A stretch of 39,949 nucleotides of DNA, taken from contig JBDRIG010000104.1 in the NCBI GenBank assembly GCA_043816185.1, forward strand, positions 1 to 39,949. The letters are read 5' to 3'. The first letter of the stretch is position 1; each line of letters starts with the position of its first letter. The notes beneath the pieces are model-generated. The model ran no database searches. It was not told the DNA's origin and was given only the letters and a program-made list of their open reading frames with translations. The position numbers and the translations under genes are program-made. Source of the DNA: Elusimicrobiota bacterium. Its GTDB lineage: Bacteria; Elusimicrobiota; UBA8919. Positions 1 through 7,359 of this stretch are shown here, piece after piece.

Positions 1-212
1 CCAGATTCTCATTGTTGGAAATCAGTTTTGAAAGGGTTGCAAGAAAGTGGCCCCTGCGACTGTTTAACAAAAACACAGGACTCTGCTAAAATCGTAAGAT
101 GATGTATAGGGTCTGACGCCTGCCCGGTGCTGGAAGGTTAAGGAGAGATGTCATTTGCCGCAAGGCGGAGAAGCGTTGAACCGAAGCCCCAGTAAACGGC
201 GGCCGTAACTAT

Positions 213-986
213 AAGTTGGACCGCTCCGACGTCAGTCGGAGTTCAATTGTAGTTCCGTTAATAAATCTGACCAAATGCTGGAAAATCCTATTAGGTTCAC
301 AGTACGACTTATCTGATTTAAGCGTGACAATCTGTGAAATAAGGACAATCAGCAGGAAAGAGGTTCAAAATGGAGAATATCAACAATCTTGATGTTGGGG
401 AAATTCCTCAGGCAATTGGCTATTATTTAGCTGGTTTTACTGATGGGGAAGGAAGTTTCAGCATTAGTTTTAGACCTAGAAGTGAGTACAAACAATTTTG
501 GAAAGTTTCTCTTTGCTTCAATATCTCACAAAAAGACAAAGTTATATTGGCATTGTTTAAGCGCCATTTGAGATGTGGAACACTGAGATCTCGACCAGAC
601 GGTGTTTGGTACTACGAAGTCAATAATCTCCACGCAATAGAAACCAATATTATTCCGTTCTTTGAACGATTTCACTTCCTCTCTGCAAAAAAAAAGAGAG
701 ATTTTGCGAAATTTGTTCGAATCACGCGAATGATTCAAGAAGGTAAACATTTGACCCGAGAAGGGATCAAGGAGATTCTTGAAGTTCGGCGTGACATGAA
801 TGATGGTGGCAAAAGAATCTATAGCGAAAATGAAATTCTGAAAAGATTTCATAATGAGCCAATCCCCAGAGACTAAACGTCAGATCCCGCTTAAATGGGA
901 ATGATATAGTCCGGTCTCTGCAGCAATGTAGAGAGTTGGTAAGTAAAATCCAACCTTTGTAGAAATCCTACAAATGTAACAATACG
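213..986 (+). mobile_element. Group I intron in 23S rRNA at E. coli-equivalent position 1917
   Basis: The exon AACTAT|...|AACGGTCC rejoins to canonical H69. The 5' exon ends in U and the intron ends in G986. IGS GTAGTT pairs with AACTAT (U-G). Core elements: P AAATGCTGGAAA, Q AATCAGCAGG, P3 TCTGAC/GTCAGA, R CAGAGACTA, S ATGATATAGTCC. Confidence 0.95.
370..876 (+). CDS. Single-motif LAGLIDADG homing endonuclease (intron L1917)
   Basis: YLAGFTDGEGSF motif, F.ISQ strand, IIPFF...L..KK.DF..F helix; GAGG upstream; lies between the Q and R elements of the intron. Confidence 0.95.
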   Translation: MENINNLDVGEIPQAIGYYLAGFTDGEGSFSISFRPRSEYKQFWKVSLCFNISQKDKVILALFKRHLRCGTLRSRPDGVWYYEVNNLHAIETNIIPFFERFHFLSAKKKRDFAKFVRITRMIQEGKHLTREGIKEILEVRRDMNDGGKRIYSENEILKRFHNEPIPRD

Positions 987-1710
<724 letters not shown>

Positions 1711-2705
1711 AAGTTCCGACCTGCACGAATGGCGTAACGATGGGGGCGCTGTCTCAACGATGAATTCGGCGAAATTGTGCTGTCAGTGAAGACGCTGACT
1801 ACCCGCAACAAGACGGAAAGACCCCGTGGAGCTTTACTGCAATTTAATTTTGAATTACGGAGTTATCTGCGTAGAATAGGTGGGACCCTTTGAAGTTTCG
1901 CTTTTGGGCGAGATGGAGGGGACAGTGAAATACCACCCTGATATTTCTGTGGTTCTAACTTTGTGCCATATATCTGGCCAGAGGACATAGTTTGATGGGC
2001 AGTTTAACTGGGGCGGTTGCCTCCTAAAATGTAACGGAGGCGTTCAAAGGTCACCTCAGCGCGAATAGAAATCGCGCATCGAGTGCAAGGGTATATGGTG
2101 GCTTAACTGCAAGACATACATGTCGAGCAGGTGCGAAAGCAGGACCTAGTGATCCGGCGGTTCGAATGTGGAATTGCCGTCGCTCAACGAATAAAAGCTA
2201 CCCCGGGGATAACAGGCTTATTTCCTCCAAGAGTCCATATCGACGAGGAAGTTTGGCACCTCGATGTCGGATCACCCTATCCTGGGGCTGGAGTAGGTCC
2301 CAAGGGTTTGGCTGTTCGCCAATTAAAAGGGTACGTGATCTGGGTTCAGTACGTCGTGAGACAGTACGGTCCCTATCTGTTGCGGGTGATATGAAATTTG
2401 AGAGGATCTGATCATAGTACGAGAGGACCTGATTGGACGAACCTCTGGCGTACCGGTTGTCGTGTCAACGGCAGTGCCGGGTAACTAAGTTCGGACGGGA
2501 TAAATGCTGAAAGCATATAAGCATGAAACCCACCTCAAAACAAAATTTCACAACTCTCATTTGTTTTCGCAAGAAAACAGTGGGTGTACGAAGGCCACAT
2601 GCAGACTACGTGTTTGATAGGCAGAAGGTGTAAGTGGTGTAAGCCATTGAGCTGATCTGTACTAATTGGCCGTTTGACTTGACCATATTATTTGGTTTTA
2701 TAAAA

Positions 2706-2801
2706 AGAACACGGAACAGACACAGAACAAAACACGGAACAGGCACGGAACAGTTCCGCGTCAGTTCTGTGTGTTTTTTAAAGTTCCGTGTCAGTTCAGT
2801 G
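2706..2801. repeat. Tandem ~11-nt repeats arranged as an inverted pair in the 23S-5S spacer
   Basis: Four ACACGGAAC(AG)-type units followed by complementary (G)TTCCGTGTCAG-type units. Confidence 0.85.
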
Positions 2802-2807
2802 GTTTTT

Positions 2808-2927
<120 letters not shown>

Positions 2928-3003
2928 TTTATTTTTAAGTCGCAGACAGTTGGGTCCCGACAAGTCGGTATTAAAAATCAAACCCAACCGAGACAAAGGA
3001 AGG

Positions 3004-3040
3004 TATCTTCTTTTGCATTTTCAAAGAAGATATTTTTTTT
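3004..3040 (+). terminator. Rho-independent terminator of the rRNA operon
   Basis: 10-bp stem TATCTTCTTT/AAAGAAGATA followed by T8. Confidence 0.8.
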
Positions 3041-3287
3041 AATGAGGACGTTTAGTAAAGACTGAATATAAAGCCCATCATTCGGTTTCCATTTGCGTTT
3101 TAACAAGTTTTGGTAATAGTTCAGTCAGACTAAAAAATAGTCCTATTTCCGTATTATTTTTGTGGAGTGACACTGCTTGCGGTGTTACAATAACAGCACA
3201 AGTGCTGTCAATCCAAAATTTCCAAATCTCTCAGAATCATTAAACTGTTACTCAAAACTTAATTTTTACCATAGTAGGATGAGAAAT

Positions 3288-3956
3288 ATGAATGAAAATA
3301 AATCCAAAGATAAAATATTGAAAGTCAAACCACCAACTGATTACCCTCCAGAGGAAGGTTGTTACCTGCGTGGTAACGATTTTTCGCCAGTAGCGGTTGC
3401 GGTTATGCTAAATTACCCCCGAGAACAGACCCCACCTGAGATTGAACAGTTAATTAGGGTATCGATTGAAAAGGGCGCAGTTTTAGCCGGTACATTACAG
3501 ACCGAGAATATCGGGATTGAGAAAATCGTCACTAACATCGTGGCAAATCCAAACATCCGATATTTAGTTCTTTGTGGAACCGAGGTTGCTATGCATAACT
3601 CAGGGGATGCGCTTAAATGCCTCCTAGAAAATGGTGTCAATGAAAGGCGTACCATTGTTGGTTCTAAAGCCATAACTCCATATCTTTTTAATATACCCCT
3701 TGAATCTATTAAACGGTTCAGAAAACAGTTAACATTGATAAATCTGTTAAACGAGATGAATCCCGAAGTTGTGGAAAAGGCAGTATGGTCTTGTTATCAG
3801 GAAGAACCAACTAAATTTCAGAATTACACACTCAATGATCCAGGGGCATATCCTGAGTCAGCAATATGTTCTAAGCTTACCTGTCGTATTAAAAAACCCC
3901 AGGAGATTGAAGATTGGGAGATTGACGATATCTTAAAACAAATAGGAGGTGAGTAA
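3288..3956 (+). CDS. MtrA/MtxA-family (tetrahydromethanopterin S-methyltransferase subunit A-like) corrinoid protein, soluble
   Basis: YPPEEG.Y..G...SPVAV, GTLQTENIGIEKIVTNIVANPNIRYLVLCGTEVAMHNSG, IVGS....PYL.NIP.E.I.RFRKQ, DPGAYPE match MtrA motifs; no C-terminal TM anchor. Start placed at ATG 3288 (AGGA upstream); 3279 is possible. Confidence 0.88.
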   Translation: MNENKSKDKILKVKPPTDYPPEEGCYLRGNDFSPVAVAVMLNYPREQTPPEIEQLIRVSIEKGAVLAGTLQTENIGIEKIVTNIVANPNIRYLVLCGTEVAMHNSGDALKCLLENGVNERRTIVGSKAITPYLFNIPLESIKRFRKQLTLINLLNEMNPEVVEKAVWSCYQEEPTKFQNYTLNDPGAYPESAICSKLTCRIKKPQEIEDWEIDDILKQIGGE

Positions 3957-3958
3957 AA

Positions 3959-4378
3959 ATGGCAAAAGCAAGATGTGGCCGAATTCTTAACGAGGACATT
4001 TACATAGAAGAAGGAGATAAAACTACATTGTACTTCATCAATCAACTCAGGGCTTATCAAGTGGTGTTAGCGGCACTTAAAGCCTTAGACCAAGATATCT
4101 GCCACGATGGGTGTAGTCTACCTTCAACAGTGAACAAAGTAGTTAAGAGATTGGATAAACTCAAAAACGACCTGGAAGTCTCAGATGTAGAGGCTGAGAA
4201 AAAAGAAAATCTGCTTTCAAAAGTAAACAAGTTTTTGGCAGATGCTAACAGGTTGCCCCAGGATACATCCCAAACTTGCCGAAAGTCGGCAGGGGAGTGT
4301 ATAATCGGGTCGGGTTGCTTTGCGACAGGAGCTTTAAATCTCATAGATATTATTGAGCCAAAGGCTCCAAAAATCTAA
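3959..4378 (+). CDS. Hypothetical Cys-rich helical protein (paralog of next gene)
   Basis: 139-aa ORF, AGGAGGTG RBS, 2 nt after the mtrA-like stop; motifs IC-x3-C and C-x6-C-x5-CF. Confidence 0.85.
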   Translation: MAKARCGRILNEDIYIEEGDKTTLYFINQLRAYQVVLAALKALDQDICHDGCSLPSTVNKVVKRLDKLKNDLEVSDVEAEKKENLLSKVNKFLADANRLPQDTSQTCRKSAGECIIGSGCFATGALNLIDIIEPKAPKI

Positions 4379-4398
4379 AAAGAAAGTGGGTGATAAAC

Positions 4399-4743
4399 AT
4401 GCAGACAGAAGCTTTAGAGAATCAAATACAAGGGCTAAACATTGTGCTCGGTGCTCTTCAATCTGCCACAGGTGAGATCTGCAAAAACTGCATCGGTCTT
4501 GAAGGAGCAAAGACTAAGGTGGGTAAAATGTCAAAAAAACTCGGCATGGATTTGCAGGCTGCAGGGATTTGTTGTGAGAAGACAAAGGCAGATTTACAGG
4601 CTCGCATAGATAGTATTTCTAAGGCAGCCGAAGAACTTGAGGTAGCAGAAGAATGCGAATGCCAGAAGACTGCTAAAAACTGTAAGATGGGAGAAGCGTG
4701 TTTTGTAAATGCTGTAATAGAGTTGATGAAACTCGTCCAGTAA
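4399..4743 (+). CDS. Hypothetical Cys-rich helical protein (paralog of previous gene)
   Basis: 114-aa ORF from ATG 4399 with GGGTGA RBS; 8 Cys; motifs IC-x2-C, CC, C-x6-C-x5-CF. Confidence 0.85.
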   Translation: MQTEALENQIQGLNIVLGALQSATGEICKNCIGLEGAKTKVGKMSKKLGMDLQAAGICCEKTKADLQARIDSISKAAEELEVAEECECQKTAKNCKMGEACFVNAVIELMKLVQ

Positions 4744-4855
4744 TGTTTGTTCTCAGGCATGCGTGAGGGAGAAGGTTCTGCACTCTTCTCTTAATTCCCT
4801 TGAGCGTTACTTTCCCCTCACACTTTTTATAAATAATAATTAGGAGGTGCTGAAA

Positions 4856-5818
4856 ATGAGAAAATATTATGTTTTTACAGCATTTACTTTGCTATTAGCC
4901 GCTATCAGCATAAATATGGCTTATGGCTGTTCTAATCGCGGGTTAGAAAAAGTCACTCTAAGAATTGAGGGAATGAATTCATCCTGTTACGCTCCGATTA
5001 TGCAGGATGCTTTGTTGAAGATTGGAGGCGTTAAAAAAGCTTCTGTAAACTTTGAAAATGCTGAGGCATTGGTTGAGTTTGAGGCTGGCGAAGTTACCGT
5101 TGATCAGCTAATTCAAGTAGTGAAAAAAGCCGGTTATAATGCTCTGGTTAAAGAGACAGTCAATGAAGTTAAAGAAACAGTCAATAAATGTGAAGAAACT
5201 ACGAATAAGAATATAAGTAGTACAAAAAGTAATTATCTACCTTTAATAATCGGGATATTTCTATCAATTGTGTTAGTTTTTGCATGCCTAAAAATAAAAG
5301 TAATCACAAGTCATAAGACTATGTTGAGAATAGTAAAGCAGGCATTCGCCACTAAGTTGTCCCTGATAATTGGCTTAGCATTTGGTATAATTTATGCTTT
5401 CATATACCTAACTCTTGGCCACAAGATAGCGTACACTATCAACGGCTGGGTAGTTAATATGACAGGATCGGATCTTCTGGCTGTTTTGGTTATGGCTTTT
5501 TTGATTGCAATTGTGATGGCACTTTTTACCTATGCTACTAAGAAATGTGGAATTAGCAAATCAAAAAAGTCTGGCGTTGGACTTTTAGGAATATTATTTG
5601 CATTACTTGTATCATTTGGCGCTTGTTGTGGACCAATTATTATTTCACTAATCGGCGTTGGAGCCTCCATGATTTTAGCTAAATATAGTGGTTTATTTGT
5701 ACCTGTTTCCATTATTTTATTAGTAGGAGGTATAATTCTTAATATGAGAACTATAGAAAAAGAGGAAAAATGTGTGTGTTGTACCCCTGATGACGACATT
5801 AAATTAAAGAAAGAATGA
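4856..5818 (+). CDS. Heavy-metal-associated (HMA/MerP-like) domain fused to a multi-TM domain with a MerT-like CC..P motif
   Basis: AGGAGGTG RBS; signal-like N-terminus; VTLRIEGM...GVKKASVNFE...AGY HMA fold; about 5 hydrophobic segments incl. SFGACCGP; C-terminal CVCC. Confidence 0.8.
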   Translation: MRKYYVFTAFTLLLAAISINMAYGCSNRGLEKVTLRIEGMNSSCYAPIMQDALLKIGGVKKASVNFENAEALVEFEAGEVTVDQLIQVVKKAGYNALVKETVNEVKETVNKCEETTNKNISSTKSNYLPLIIGIFLSIVLVFACLKIKVITSHKTMLRIVKQAFATKLSLIIGLAFGIIYAFIYLTLGHKIAYTINGWVVNMTGSDLLAVLVMAFLIAIVMALFTYATKKCGISKSKKSGVGLLGILFALLVSFGACCGPIIISLIGVGASMILAKYSGLFVPVSIILLVGGIILNMRTIEKEEKCVCCTPDDDIKLKKE

Positions 5819-5834
5819 GAGGAGGTGAAGAAAC

Positions 5835-5975
5835 ATGGCCGAACGTCTTTGTGGACTCACAGGCAAAAAGCTAAACTTTCCTGGGGATTGTAAGAAGTGC
5901 GAGTATCTAAAACCTCGGGGAAAGATGAACTGTTGCACCTATAAGGGACCTGTCAAGAAGAGTTGTTGCAAGTAA
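5835..5975 (+). CDS. Small Cys-rich (metallothionein-like) peptide, 46 aa, not in ORF track
   Basis: GAGGAGGTGA RBS 6 nt before ATG; translation MAERLCGLTGKKLNFPGDCKKCEYLKPRGKMNCCTYKGPVKKSCCK. Confidence 0.75.
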   Translation: MAERLCGLTGKKLNFPGDCKKCEYLKPRGKMNCCTYKGPVKKSCCK

Positions 5976-6055
5976 TGGCAAACAAAAGAAGCGGGCTTGC
6001 AACTTCACTTAACCCGGGCTTTGCGGCTCCGTTCCACTTCGCCTAAACCGCCTGC

Positions 6056-6180
6056 GAGGGAATGGAGGGAATTGGAGGGAATGGGGACAGTCCCCTTATT
6101 TTCGCGAATTAAATCGCGAATAATTGCTCACGAATAAAGGCAAATATCACGAAAAAGGCGCGAATAAATATTCGTGATAG
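6056..6180. repeat. Repeat junction: 3x GAGGGAAT(T)G, palindrome GGGGACAGTCCCC, then ~12-nt CGCGAAT/CACGAA units
   Basis: Read directly; perfect 6-bp inverted repeat at 6083-6095. Confidence 0.65.
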
Positions 6181-6193
6181 GAGCGAAGCGACA

Positions 6194-6727
6194 ATGATTA
6201 AAACCAAACAGGAAAAACATGAGTTTGTAAAGTCGTTTGAAAAAGAAATAACGGCGGCGAAGAATTTTTGTTTTGCCGGTTATCAGGGTCTGACAGTTAA
6301 AGAACTTGAAGATTTAAGAAAAAAGGTGAAATCTACCAATGCAGAATTTCGTGTTATTAAAAATCGTCTCGTCGCAAAAGTTCTCAAAAATCTTACCTGC
6401 CCGCCGTTCGTCAGGCAGGAAATTGCTCATTTGGACGAGCATCTCAAAGGTCCAACCGCAATAGTTTTGGAAAAGGGCGACCCTGTTAAAACAATTAAAA
6501 CGCTTTTCATATTCTCAAAAAATAACAATAAACTAAAAATAAAGGCAGGTTTTTTTGATAACAAATTTTTGTCAGCAGATGATATGATGAGAGTTGCATC
6601 TTTGCCTTCAAAAGAACAACTTATAGCACAGGTTGTTTTTGGTATATCAACGCCGCTTGTTCGTCTGATGAATGTCTTAAACGCACCAATGAGAAATTTG
6701 GTTTTGGTGTTGAAACAGGTGAAGTAA
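6194..6727 (+). CDS. rplJ: 50S ribosomal protein L10
   Basis: YQGLTVKELEDLRK, VIKNRL, LKGPTAI, LPSKEQLIAQ. Confidence 0.95.
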   Translation: MIKTKQEKHEFVKSFEKEITAAKNFCFAGYQGLTVKELEDLRKKVKSTNAEFRVIKNRLVAKVLKNLTCPPFVRQEIAHLDEHLKGPTAIVLEKGDPVKTIKTLFIFSKNNNKLKIKAGFFDNKFLSADDMMRVASLPSKEQLIAQVVFGISTPLVRLMNVLNAPMRNLVLVLKQVK

Positions 6728-6866
6728 GATGTAAGAGGCATAGTAGAGTGTAAAACAGTCGCGGAACATATGAGTAAGTAAAATCCTTAAATATAGAAAA
6801 AGGTTTAAAAGACATTAAAAGATTGAATAATTCTTAATTCTGTTGTTAAATTGGGGGGTGGAAAAA

Positions 6867-7250
6867 ATGGCTATAAATGGAAAAGACGATCTTTTGGAAG
6901 CAATTGCTAAAATGACCGTCATTGAACTGGCTGATTTTGTCAAGACACTTGAGGAAAAGTTTGGTGTATCTGCAGCCTCTTTTGCATCTGGTCCAGCGGT
7001 AGCATCTGCTGGAGTTGGAGTGGTAGCGTCAGAGGAAAAAACTGAATTCAATGTTGTTCTTACGTCCGCAGGTTCACAAAAAATCAACGTGATTAAGGTT
7101 GTGCGCGAAATTACAGGATTAGGTTTAAAAGAATCTAAAGACCTTGTTGATGGTGCGCCAAAACCAATCAAAGAGAATATTCCAAAAGTACAGGCAGAGG
7201 AAATAAAGAAGAAACTTACCGAAGCAGGTGCAACCGTTGAAGTGAAATAA
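6867..7250 (+). CDS. rplL: 50S ribosomal protein L7/L12
   Basis: [42 protein letters not shown]; start at ATG 6867. Confidence 0.97.
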   Translation: MAINGKDDLLEAIAKMTVIELADFVKTLEEKFGVSAASFASGPAVASAGVGVVASEEKTEFNVVLTSAGSQKINVIKVVREITGLGLKESKDLVDGAPKPIKENIPKVQAEEIKKKLTEAGATVEVK

Positions 7251-7359
7251 TATATCCAAACAAGGATACTGAATAACTACACCAAACACAATTTAATATT
7301 TGGTTAAGTTTGATCAGCGTTCGGTTTGTATTCTGGTGTTTGCGAACGGAGTGAGCATA

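Noticed and set aside
2706..2801. CRISPR array
   Set aside because: Units are ~11 nt, contiguous and inverted, with no unique spacers or cas genes.
3288..3956. Evidence for methanogenesis or an archaeal contig from the mtrA-like gene
   Set aside because: No other mtr subunits and no membrane anchor; the surrounding rRNA and ribosomal genes are bacterial.
3288..4743. hgcAB assignment
   Set aside because: No N(V/I)WCA(A/G)GK cap helix, no TM domain on the corrinoid protein, and no CxxCxxCxxxC ferredoxin motifs.
6001..6057. attC-like sequence (ACTTAAC inverse core) after the cluster
   Set aside because: No matching GTTRRRY core downstream and no integrase in the window; at most a fragment.
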